Below are positions 22,465-33,758 of a DNA stretch of 48,423 nucleotides, one piece after another. A program made the translations under genes and the position numbers. Source of the stretch: Octopus sinensis. Taxonomy: Eukaryota. The notes beneath the pieces are model-generated. The model was not told the DNA's origin, did not search any database, and saw nothing but the letters and a program-made list of their open reading frames with translations. Position 1 is the first letter of the stretch. Each line of letters starts with the position of its first letter. The stretch spans positions 1 through 48,423 of the forward strand of contig NW_021834425.1 of NCBI RefSeq assembly GCF_006345805.1, given 5' to 3'.

Positions 22465-23262
22465 AGGCGCAGGAGTGGCTGTGTGGTAAGTAGCTATCAT
22501 ATAATGGACTCCTTCTCAAAGGAAGAGTACAGATCTTGTGTATAGGCCCCCAACTTGCGGCTGCTGGAATGCCTGCAGGAGACAAGAAAGTTTATTAAGG
22601 ACTCATTTGTGTAATAGGTTTATCGCCTTATTAAATTGTTTATACTTGTAATGGACTTTTTAGTCCATAAAGTGTAATAAAATTGTAAGAGGGTTAATAC
22701 CTCATTCAGTATTTTTAAAAAAGAAAAATGTTTTAGAAAAGCAAAAGTCGGCGGGTGCTTTTCGTCTTCTCCTATCCTTAACATCCTTGTATCATTATCA
22801 TTCACCTCATTAATATCCGCGTTCAGCCTGCGAGCTACCTTACTCTATGTACTGCCTTTATGGCAAATTTGATAAAATAAAGTACCTTGCTTACCAACCA
22901 CATGGTTCCGGGTTTAGTCCCACTGCGTGGCACCTTGGGCAAATGTCTTCTACTATAGCCTCGGGCCGACCAAAGCCTTGTGAGTGGATTTGGTAGACGG
23001 AAACTGAAAGAAGCCCGTCGTATATATGTATATGTATATATGTATGTGTGTGTATGTGTTTGTGTGTCTGTGTTCCCCCCCCCCCAACATCGCTTGACAA
23101 ACGATGCTGGTGTGTTTACGTCCCCGTAACTTAGCGGTTCGGCAAAAAAGACCGATAGAATAAGTACTAGGCTTACAAAGAATAAGTCCTGGGGTCGATT
23201 TGCTCGACTAAAGGCGGTGCTCCAGCATGGCCGCAGTTAACTGACTGAAACAAGTAAAAGAG
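22465..23262 (+). mobile_element. Full-length SINE family A split within its tRNA head by a 384-bp insertion
   Basis: The head AGGCGCAGGAGTGGCTGTGTGGTAAGTAGCT stops at 22495 and resumes TGCTTACCAACCACATGGTTCCGGG at 22888 (compare the intact head at 23286). Body and tail continue to 23262. Confidence 0.9.
22496..22879. other. Unclassified 384-bp insertion with a possible 8-bp target duplication
   Basis: Flanks AAGTAGCT (22488-22495) and AAGTACCT (22880-22887); no TIR seen; GT...AG intron-like signals on the minus strand. Confidence 0.55.
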
Positions 23263-23285
23263 TATAATAAAAAAATATGATAATC

Positions 23286-23590
23286 AGGCGCAGGAGTGGC
23301 GGTGTGGTAAGAAGCTTGTCTCCCAACCACATGGTTCCTGGTTCAGTCCGACTGCGGTGTGGTAAGAAGCTTGTCTTCCAACCACATGGTTCCTGGTTCA
23401 GTCCGACTGCGTGTGTGCATGTGTGTGGGGGGAGTTACGTCCCCGTGACTTAGCGGTTTGGCAAAACAGCCCAATGCAGTAAGTAACGGGCTTAAAAAAT
23501 AAGTATTGGGATCGAGTCATTCGACTAAAATCTCTTCAAGGCAGTACCCCAGCATGGCCGCAATCTAATGAATGAAACAGGAAAAAGATA
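23286..23590 (+). mobile_element. SINE family A with a 55-bp tandem duplication of the tRNA head and an internal deletion
   Basis: 23301-23355 is repeated at 23356-23410 (1 mismatch); the CORE-like/linker part is absent; the tail is present. Confidence 0.88.
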
Positions 23591-23605
23591 AGAGAAAGAT
23601 AAAAA

Positions 23606-23706
23606 ATAATAATAGCAATAATGTTAGCAAAAACAACAGTAACAACAGCTACAACAACAACAAGAGCGAAGACGACGACGACGATGACGATGATGAAGAA
23701 GAAGAA

Positions 23707-23751
<45 letters not shown>

Positions 23752-23822
23752 AGAAGAAGAAGAGAAGAAGAAGAAGAAAAGAAGCGGAAGAAGAAGAAGA
23801 AAGAGAAGAAGAAGAAGAAGAA
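23606..23822 (+). repeat. Compound trinucleotide array AAT/AAC/GAC/GAT/GAA
   Basis: Directly visible. Confidence 0.95.
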
Positions 23823-24741
23823 ATAAAGCAAGAACACTATAGACGAGTTAGATAAATACTGAAAACAGAGCTCAATGCTAAAAACAAGATAATAGGTATC
23901 AACACTCTAGCCGTCCCAGTTATAAGTTACAGCTACAATATCCTTAATTGGACACTGAATGAACTAACCAAAATAGACAGGAAAACAAGAAAAATAATGA
24001 CAGGATCTAGGATGCTCCACCCAAAATCTGACATAGAAAGACTATATATACAACGTATAGAAGGTGGTAGAGCTCTTATACAGCTGGAAAAGTATTATAT
24101 AATAACCACCAAAGGACTGCAAAAATACCTACTTCAGACGCAAAGAAAACATACAAATAGCCACAAAACACTTGCAAAACAAAAAATTGTTTCAGTATTA
24201 AAGGAAGCTGACAAATACAAATAAGAAGTCATACTACCTAACAAATACGAAGAAGAAGAAAAAAAAACAACAAAAGCTATAAAACAAATGAAATCCAAAC
24301 TAAAACTAGAACAGCAACGGACCTTGATAAAACGATGGCAAGAAAAGCCCCTTCATGGCAAATACTGGGCTTATCTAAACGCAAAAGAAATAGACAGAGG
24401 AAAATCCAAGCAATGGCTGAGAAGCTCAGGACTCAAAGCAGACACTGAAGGATTTTTAATTGCAGCACAAGACCAAAGCCTCCCCACCAGAAATTACCGA
24501 AAACCGATAATGAAAAGAAACATAAAAAATAACTGCAGAATATGTGGAGATGGACAAGAAACAGTAAATCATATTATCTCTGGCTGCCAGTCCTGGCTAA
24601 GATGGAATATATTCACAGACACGACAGAATGTCTGTGAATATATTCCTGCTGAATAATAATAATAATGATAATAATAATAATAATAATAATAAAAATAAT
24701 AATAATAATAATATAATAATAATAATAATATAATAATAATG

Positions 24742-24775
<34 letters not shown>

Positions 24776-25162
24776 TAATAATAATATACCAGCAGATGAC
24801 AACGTAAATCAATACCAGCAGATGACAACGTGTCTCTTAAAGAAATGGAGAAACTTTCAAAATACAAAGACCTGGAAATAGAGATAACTCGAATGTGGAA
24901 TCTAAAAACAGAAACAATTCATTGTAGGCGCATTAGGTATGATAAAAAGATATTCAGACAAATACATAACAAAAACACCAGGACTTACAAACACATATAA
25001 CATACAGAAAATTGCACTACTGGGCACTGCACACATCCTACGCAAAACACTTTCAATACGGTAACCATCAGAGCATCACAACAAATCACAGCACATACCC
25101 AAAGCACACAGAAATGCGCTCGGTAGTGAAGTGAAAGCATGCTATAAAAATAAAACTACTGA
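23817..25162 (+). mobile_element. 5'-truncated R4/Dong-like RLE retrotransposon with an internal deletion filled by (AAT)n
   Basis: Closely matches 28390-29789 (LHPKSDIERLYIQR, LIAAQDQSLPTRNY, CRICG...H...C, EKLSKYKDL). Same 3' end ...GTAGTGAAGTGAAAGCA...AATAAAACTACTGA followed by AAT repeats. Confidence 0.92.
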
Positions 25163-25180
25163 ATAATAAAAATAATAAAT

Positions 25181-25722
25181 GCCCTGATGCAGTACCATGG
25201 CTTCTGATCTTAAATGATTAGAAGTGTTATCATGTACATTGTTTTTTTTTTGTTTTTGTTTTTCTTGGTATACAAGATGGGCTACAGCAAAAATTCTGCT
25301 CAATACCACAGATTTGCTTGTCAGTTGTTTGACTTTAACCAGTTGAGCATGTCCCTTAGTGGCTGACAATATGTGCATCTCTGATCACGTGCAGAAGTAG
25401 TGGAGGGCATCATAGCCATGTATTGAGAGGAATTCTTTGTGGTTTGGATAATTACCCTCTGGAAACATGGATGTTTCGTTCGACCCTTATTCAGAGACCT
25501 TTTGAGTGGCATCGGCTACTCGACCAGAAGAAAATTCAAACTGGGCCCCACCTGCATGGTCATGCGCTGTTTATCTTGGTATGATATCACCATGTCGCGT
25601 ATATATGGTCGTGATGCATATGCCTGGTGTACCCTTATCAGGCGGGTAGTCCTGATGGGTATACTGGGCTTCGTATATTTCACCCCAGTGTCACTTTGAT
25701 GGCATGCACTGCTCTCTCATTC
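25181..25722. mobile_element. ~540-bp non-coding interspersed repeat bracketed by (AAT)n on both sides (5' UTR of the next element or an independent non-autonomous element)
   Basis: Starts GCCCTGATGCAGTACC directly after AAT repeats and ends GCACTGCTCTCTCATTC into (AAT)n. No credible ORF. I recall it as an abundant octopus repeat (unverified). Confidence 0.6.
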
Positions 25723-25795
25723 AATAATAATAATAATAATAATAATAATGATAATAATAATAATAATGATAATAATAATAATAATAATAATAATG

Positions 25796-25833
<38 letters not shown>
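25723..25833 (+). repeat. (AAT)n microsatellite
   Basis: Directly visible. Confidence 0.97.
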
Positions 25834-25836
<3 letters not shown>

Positions 25837-27585
25837 GGAAGACACTGGGGACGTTTAAGATGTAAGAAGGAAAATACAGAGCTCCGAAATCTATCCACAA
25901 ACATCGAAAACAAGGACACCCTATGGAGCCAAAGATTTACTAACAAAGAATTGGACTATATCCGAGTAAGTAATACTCATTGAAATTTATTACTATTTCG
26001 AAACGAAATGATGTATTTTGACTCGATATTATCTCCACTCTAAACACAACACATGTAAACATGCGTGGAACAACACGATCATCCCCGACCTCAAACACCA
26101 TGTACAAAGGAACTACGAAGAAATTAAATGCCACCGATACTATTCAACCCAAGAATAAAATCGAGCGGTACGTACATTAAACCTACAACAAAAAATGTAC
26201 GAAAAACTACACGTGCGAAATAATGTGACAACAGAAATAAACGGACCGGTACCCTACGAAAATGACGACCGTCAAAATAATGGGCCGGACGTTGTACCTC
26301 ATGTCCGCAATTAAAACCCAAAAGACGTAAATGGACACGTGAGGAATACATTTCTATCTTACACGCATACTTCACAGCAATGCTCTACCCACAAAATGAA
26401 AATACAACAACACATACATATAAAATATGGAAGGAAAATAATAGAGATATAGACTTGGATACAGCAATGAACCCTAATAAATTAGCTAATGTACGAAGAT
26501 ACATTCTCAAAGCCAAAAAATATCAGAAATAGAAATAGAACATTTAAAAGAAAAAATACACCAAGAAAATGTAGATAGAGGCCACACAACAATGCCCAAT
26601 AATATAAACACTGAAACTGTAAAACACGAAGACAAACGCAAATTCCCAACAAACACGATGTAAACAACGAAGGGGAGCCTAATGATTATGATAATATAAA
26701 AATAAAATAATCAAAGAACTAAAAACCACAGAGCTCAAAATGGACCACCGACCATACCTCCCAAGAATAAAAAAACGCAATAACAACACCAATTATAAAC
26801 AACATAAACCTAGCCGTCACTGAACTAGCCACTGAAACAAAAAAGTGATATCACTGAACTAAATGACTTGATATACGCAGCAGCCACTGCAGCCACAAAA
26901 GAAGCTGGATACTCACCCAAACCAGCCCAAACAGGAGTACCACCACCCAAACAAACCCTGTGGATAAATAACATCCAAAACAAAATTTAAAAAATTAGAA
27001 AAGACCTGTCGATTCTTAATGAAATCAGCAAACAAGCAACGCTACTGAGCAACAAAAAGAGAACAAAAATGCTCCGCAAATATAACATCACAGAAAAAGA
27101 TTTGCCGGAGATAAAAGAAAAGCTGAGGCAAGATATCCTTGCCAAAGCTCAAAGGATCCGCCGGTACGAGAAACGCCAACGCTTCTTTGAACAGAACAAA
27201 AGTTCAACTCCGACCCCAAAAAGTTCTACCAAGAACTGGGCAAAAATAAAATAGAAGTCACTGCAGCACCAACGGCAGAAGAATTGGAAGAATTCTGGAA
27301 AGAAATATGGTCGGCGAACGAACAGCCAAAAAAAGGAGTATGAAAAAACAAACTCGGCATCTGAACAACTTTGGACCCCCATAACAACTGAAGAGGTCAC
27401 CCAGGCACTGCAAAAACTAAGCAACTGGAAGGCACCTGGGCATGACAAGATCCCCAACTTCTGGTTGAAATATCTAACAGGAATGCACAAAAAGCTGGCT
27501 GAAAACTTTAACAGCATACTAGCAGAGCCAGAGACAATGCCTGAATGGCTCACGAAAGGGAAAACCATCTTAATTCCCAAATCAA

Positions 27586-28416
27586 ATGAACAACAAAACC
27601 AGAAAACTACCCAATAACCTGCCTCCCTACTATGTTCAAGGCATTTACTGCAGTGATATCGCAAAGGCTGAACAAGCACCTGGACGAAAACAACTGTTCC
27701 CAGAAGAGCAGAAAGGATGCCGCAAGGGCTCATATGGCTGTAAAGATCAACTAATGATTAATAAAGCCGTAACTGAAGACAGCCACAGAAAGAAGAAAGG
27801 CCTCAGTATGGCCTGGATTGACTACAAAAAGGCGTTTGATAGCATCCCCCACACATGGATCCTCGAAACACTAGCCATTAACAAAGTAGCACCAACAATC
27901 ATAAAATTCATAGAGCACTCTATGAATAAATGGCAAACAGTCCTACACCTCCAAACAAAAGAGGGACTCATGAAAACCAAAGACATCCCCATTAGAAGAG
28001 GAATATTCCAGGGAGATACGCTCTCTCCACTCCTTTTCTGCTTGGCACTGTCACCTCTACCTGATATGCTAAATAGAACTGGATACGGATATAAATGTTA
28101 CGGCAAAACGATCAGCCACCTTTTATATATGGATGACCTAAAACTATACGCTGCAAATGACAAACAGCTGGAAACACTATTAAGACAGTTCATGGATTTA
28201 CAAAAAGAAATAGATATGAAATTTGGATTAGAAAAATGCGCCAAAGTAACCATGAAAAGAGGAAAACTAGTTAAGAGTAACAACATCACACTAGATAAAA
28301 CCAATGAAATAAAAGAATTAGACCAAAGCCAAACTTACAAATACTTAGGAATCCATGAACTAGATAAGACACAACACACACAAATGAAAGAGAAAATAAA
28401 AAAAAGAATATTATAG
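27586..28416 (+). pseudogene. Reverse transcriptase core of the R4/Dong-like element
   Basis: EEQKGCRKG, AWIDYKKAFDSIPH, RGIFQGDTLSPLLF, HLLYMDDLKLY, KFGLEKC, YKYLG. Confidence 0.93.
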
Positions 28417-28877
28417 ACGAGTTAGATCAATACTAAAAACAGAGCTCAATGCTAAAAACAAGATAATAGGTATCAACACTTTAGCTGTCCCAGTTATAAG
28501 TTACAGCTACAATATCCTTAACTGGACACGAAATGAACTGTCAAAAATAGATAGGAATACAAGAAAAATACTGACAGGATCTAGGATGCATCACCCAAAA
28601 TCTGACATAGAAAGACTATATATACAACGTATAGAAGGTGGTAGAGGCCTTATACAGCTGGAAAACTACTATAAAATAACCACCATAGGACTGCAAAAAT
28701 ACCTACTTCAGAAGGAAGGAAAACTGATCCAGATAGCAGCAAAACACGAGCAAAACAAAAAAACTGTTCTCAGTATTTAAGGAAGCTGACATATACAAAC
28801 AAGAAATCATACCACCTAATAAACACAAAGAAGAAGAAGAAGAAGATGATGAAGAAACAACAAAAGCTATTAAATAA

Positions 28878-29691
28878 ATGAAATCCAAACTAAAAATAGA
28901 ACAGCAACGAGCCATGATAAAACGATGGCAAGAAAAACCCCTTCATGGTAAATACTGCACTAAACTAAACGCAAAAGAAATAGACAAAGAAAAATCCCAG
29001 CAATGGTTGAGAAGCTCAGGACTCAAAGCAGAAACAGAGGGATTTTTAATTGCAGCACAAGACCAAAGCCTCCCCACCAGAAATTACCAAAAACATGTAA
29101 TGAAAAGAAATGTTACAAGTAACTGCAGAATATGTGGAGATGGACAAGAAACAATAAATCAATTATCTCTAGCTGCCCAGTCCTGGCTAAGAAGGAATAT
29201 ATTCACAGACATGACAGAGTTGGAACCTACATACATTGGAAGCTATGCCAACATTATGGAATAACACAGAAAAAAGATGGTATAGGCACACACCAGAAAA
29301 GGTCACAGAAAACGAGAAAGCAACCATACTCTGGGATATGCCGATACACACAGATAGAGAAATTAAGGCCAACAGACCAGATATAGTTGTCAGAGATCAT
29401 GAAGAAAAAAAATGCTTTCTAATTGATGTATCAATACCGGCAGATGACAACGTGCCTCTAAAAGAAATGGAGAAACTCTCAAAATACAAAGACCTGGAAA
29501 TAGAGGTAACTAGAATGTGGAACCTGAAAACAGAAACAATTCCTATCATAGTAGGTGCATTAGGCATGATAAAAAAAATATTCAGACAAATACATAACAA
29601 AAACACCAGGACTTACAAAACATATAACATACAGAAAATTGCACTACTAGGCACTGCACACATCCTACGCAGAACACTTTCCATACAATAA
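28878..29691 (+). pseudogene. C-terminal zinc finger plus PD-(D/E)xK restriction-like endonuclease, frameshifted
   Basis: LIAAQDQSL, CRICGDGQETIN..ISSCP.LAKKEYIHRHD, ILWD..I.TD..I.ANRPDIVV, IDVSIP, EKLSKYKDL, PIIVGALG, QKIALLGTAHILR. Confidence 0.9.
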
Positions 29692-29863
29692 CCATCAGAG
29701 CATCACAACAAATCACAGCACATACCCAAGGCACACAGAGCTGCGCTCGGTAGTGAAGTGAAAGCACGCAATAAAAATAAAACTACTGAATAATAACATA
29801 AGGGACTAAAGCCATCTGAATATGGCTAGGGACAGGGCATGGTGGTGGGGGTGTTACTGGAGG

Positions 29864-30093
29864 GAGGCGAGCTGGTAGAATCGTTAGTACGTCAGGCGAA
29901 ATGCTTAGCGATATTTCGGCTGCCGTTACGTTCTGAGTTCAAATTCCGCCGAGGTCGACTTTGCCTTTCATCCTTTCGGGGTCGATTAAATAAGTACCAG
30001 TTACATACTGTAGTCGATGTAATCTACTTAATCCGTTTGTCTGTACTTGTTTGTCCTCTCTATGTTTAGCCCCCTGTGGGCAATAAAGAAATA
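29864..30093 (+). mobile_element. SINE family D, full length
   Basis: Head GGCGAGCTGGTAGAATCGTTAG, B-box-like GAGTTCAAATTCC, central domain and tail GTGGGCAATAAAGAAATAA. Confidence 0.92.
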
Positions 30094-30365
30094 AATAATA
30101 ATAATAATAATAATAATGATGATGATGATGATAACAATAATGATGATGATAATAATAATAATATCACCAACAACAATAACAATAACAGCAGCAACACCAA
30201 CAAGAACAACGATTATAACAATAGGAAAATACTAAGAAATATGGAAGGTGCTTGTCTCGTAGAACCAGCAAAGATATGACAAATGGACGTGAACACGTTA
30301 TCATACACACACACACACACACACACACCACACACACACACACACACACCACACAAACACACACA

Positions 30366-30396
<31 letters not shown>

Positions 30397-30400
30397 CATA
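30094..30400 (+). repeat. (AAT/GAT/AAC)n tract (30094-30205) and (CA)n tract (30303-30400)
   Basis: Directly visible. Confidence 0.93.
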
Positions 30401-31566
30401 TGCAACAGGGAGTTCTGAAAATATCGGTAGTGCACTTGCTGTAAGATAAAGAGAGGAAGGAAATCTATGCTAACAATCCAGCATCGTTAAACACTCCGAA
30501 TTGAGTTTGCGTGACCAGAATAGTTGGTTCGGTCTGTGTTTACAAATCACGACAGCGTTCGCCATGACAGAAATAGGTCTGCCGAACAACACCGCAAGAG
30601 GAAACACACACATACACATATGCACATGCATGCACAAACACACATATGCATACTTACATACATACATATATACATACATACATGCCTTTTATTATAGCAG
30701 GCTCTTCATGCTGTATTTCTCACTGAATCTGAAATCAATGGCGGCGTCGAGATAAAGAGCAACGAAAGAATGAACAGCAACATCAGAAACAACAACAGCA
30801 ACATCAACGATATGAAGTAGAAATGTAACAAATAGATGTGTAAATAGTTGTTTCTTCGTTGTGTGTTAACACGGCTTAGCGTAGGACATTAAGTTTCAAC
30901 AGTCTAAACAAAGACGTTATTTGTTTTAACTCGCGTTCGTCGATTTTGCTATCGTCTGCTCGATTCTACTTTGTTTGCGAACAAGAAATAATCGATAGAA
31001 ATGAATAAATTAATCATCCCATGTTATCATATCATAGTGAAATTGTGTGTTTTTTCCTTTTCTTTTATTTTCAGCTTCTAATTTTTATTTATTAATCAGT
31101 TACACACACTGTAGTTATTTATCCTTTTTAACTTCTGTTCTTCCTTTGTTAGGATCTTAGTGAAGACGCCGAGAGGAAATGATAATCTACGAGCGGAAAT
31201 GGCAACTCACGACATACCTAATGATACCTAAATGCAAACTCAGCAGAAAGAATAAAAAATAATAATAATAAAAACAAAAACAATAACAAATCGTAAGCTA
31301 TTTCAGAAGCATTGACCGCTTTTACTGATAACAATTTTACAAAGAACTATAGTTCACATGGTTAGCAAACAGACTGAATGTTTTGTGGGATCCAGTGTCT
31401 TCGGAGATTATCATAGAACAAATTATTCCAGTAGCGTTAATCGTAAATCTCTGCCTAACATATCGTTTTAAGGACCTTTGTGTCTTTTGTTTCACACTGC
31501 TTTTGTTTCAATTATTTTTTTAAATAACGAAGAATTTATGATAATAGCTGTCATTAAACCGGCGCC

Positions 31567-31878
31567 AGGTCGTGAGCTGGTAGAATCGTTAGCACGCCGG
31601 ACGAAATGCTTAGCAGCATTTTGTCTGTCTTTACGCTCTGGGTTCAAATACCGCCGAAGTCGACTTTGCCTTTCATCCTTTCGGGGTCGATTAAATAAAT
31701 ACCAGTTACGCACTGGAGTCGATATAATCGACTCAATCCGTTTGTCTGTCCTTGTTTTTCCTCTCTGTGTTTAGCCCCTTGTGGGTAGTAAAGAAATAGG
31801 TATTTTGTTTGTCTTTACGCTCTGAGTTCAAATACTGCCAAAGTCGATTTTGCCTTTCATCCTTTCAGAGTCGATAGA
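31567..31878 (+). mobile_element. SINE family D followed directly by a partial second copy of its body (31799-31878)
   Basis: The full unit ends AAAGAAATAG, then GTATTTTGT.TGTCTTTACGCTCTGAGTTCAAATAC...CCTTTCATCCTTTC repeats. Confidence 0.9.
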
Positions 31879-32570
31879 AAAAGAATCAGGATCGATGTAA
31901 TTTCTTTGTGTTACTACAGATAGCAGGATGTCTCTCAAAGTTTTTAACTTAATCAGTCGCTCGACCGACAAAGTAGTGATAAATGAGGAAGCAAGTGAAA
32001 ATATTAGAACGTGGGATGTGACGAGCAACTTTTAATAAATTAGTATTGTATGAAGTGAGTAATAAATCACAGCATCTCTGTGGTACTATCACTTGATTAT
32101 TCAGACGTCTGTGATTCCACTCCCAATTCGTGTTTACAGAAATCGCTATATTTGGCAAAGATACACACTGTCTTATTTACTAACATTGAAAGCTTATACG
32201 CATTTGGTCAAAAATCCTCGTGGATGTAAACAGAAAGTACAAGGATTGTTTCGGATGTTATAAGTCTTTCGAAAGGTATACTCCAAGGAAACAATCTGTC
32301 TGTGCAGTTATCTATTTTGGCACTCTGATTCCAAGAATTGCATATCAAAGTAACCTATGCTTTCTTCGTTGACTTTCTTGCGATATAAATTGAAAATTCC
32401 TGCAATATTGAGAAACAGATGGATATAAAGAAGAAATATAAAAAAAAACGCTTGCAGCTGATTTTAAAATGGAAGTTGGCCAAAACAAATGTTTATACTA
32501 AATAACTGAACGTGGGAAAACCACTTTCCAACTGAAAACCATTTACGTCAGTGGTCTCTCTATATATTGC

Positions 32571-32782
32571 TTTCAAATTTTGGCACAAGGCCAGCAAGTT
32601 TAGGGGAAGAAGTAAGTTGATTACATCAATCCCAGTGCATAACTGGTACTTATTTTATTGATCAGGAAAGGATGAAAGGCAAAGTCAACCTCGGTGGAAT
32701 TTGATTTCAGAACGTAAGCACGGATGAAATAACGCTAAGCACTTTTCTTGGCATGGTAACGATTCTGTCATCTGGCTGTCTT
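32571..32782 (-). mobile_element. SINE family D (variant tail as at 13054)
   Basis: Same central domain; tail ...CTGGCCTTGTGCCAAAATTTGAAA. Confidence 0.88.
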
Positions 32783-33169
32783 AGTTGTCGTCATGGCGCT
32801 CCGTCGGTTACGACGACGAGGGTTCCAGTTGATCCGATCAACGGAATAGTCTGCTCGCGAAATTAACGTTTAAGTGGCTTAGCACTCCACAGACACGTGT
32901 ACCCTTATGTAGTTCTCGGGGAGATTCAGCGTGACACAGTGTGTGACAAGACTGGCCTTTTGAAATACAGATATAACAGAAACAGGAAGAAAGTGTAAGA
33001 GAAAGTTGTGGTGGAAGAATACATCAGGGTTTTCCACCATCCCCTGCCGGAGGCTCGTGGAGCTTTAAGTGTTTTCGCTCAATAAATACTCACAACGCCC
33101 GGTCTGGGAATCGAAACTGCGATCCTACGACCGCGTGTCCACTGCCCTAACCACTGGGCCATTGCGCCT
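32783..33169 (-). mobile_element. SINE family B, full length
   Basis: Head AGGCGCAATGGCCCAGTGGTTAGGGCAG...GTTTCGATTCCC; tail ...GGAACCCTCGTCGTCGTAACCGACGGAGCGCC. Confidence 0.92.
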
Positions 33170-33305
33170 GAGAGCTACAAATTCTTAAGTATTGACGAAA
33201 ATGTACAATATTCAGGAATCGAGAACTAAGATAGATTAACTTCATAGCATTATACTTAAGAGTATTATTATACGAGAGTTTAAAAACGTAGTATCACTGT
33301 TAGTA

Positions 33306-33656
33306 GCGTGGAGGTGCAATGGCCCAGTGGTTAGGGCAGCGGACTCGCGGTTTCGTTTCCCAGACCGGGTGTCGTGAGTGTTTATTGAGCGAAAACACCC
33401 AAAGCTCCACGAGGCTCCGGCAGGATGTGGGAGCGAACCCTGCTGTATTCTTTCACCACAATCTTCTCTCACTCCTTCTTCCTGTTTCAAAGGGTCAGTC
33501 TTGTCACACTCCGTGTCACGCTGAATCTCCCCGAGTACTACTTTAAGGGTACACGTGTCGGTGGAATACTCAGCCACTTGCACGTTAATTTCACGAGTAG
33601 GCTGTTCTGTTGGTCGGATCAACTGGAACCCTCGTCGTCGTAACTGACGGAGTGCC
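33306..33656 (+). mobile_element. SINE family B, near full length (head-to-head with 32783-33169)
   Basis: Same head and tail. 5'-clipped duplicates start the next two tandem units (37162-37432, 41087-41358). Confidence 0.92.
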
Positions 33657-33758
33657 TTGACTATTAGTAGAAATTTGATCCTGGATATTACGTGGAAGTT
33701 TTCACAGAAATATCAATAAAGAGGCTCTAATCTCAGAAGAAAAGAGAGCGAAGAGGTA

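Larger units (their letters stand above)
25835..29789 (+). mobile_element. Near full-length, decayed R4/Dong-like non-LTR retrotransposon (RT plus CCHC plus restriction-like endonuclease)
   Basis: N-terminal RRKWTREE motif (~26325), RT, thumb, C-x2-C-x7-H-x4-C finger and RPD...D..P...EK..KY endonuclease; multiple stops and frameshifts; 3' end into ATAATAA. Confidence 0.92.

Noticed and set aside
22497-22572. Minus-strand segment after the strong acceptor as a host terminal exon
   Set aside because: It lies inside an insert that splits a SINE; the peptides in all phases are short or run into SINE sequence and are unrecognisable.
22465-33360. tRNA-like heads with A and B boxes as tRNA genes
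   Set aside because: They continue into SINE bodies and tails, and no complete cloverleaf could be folded.
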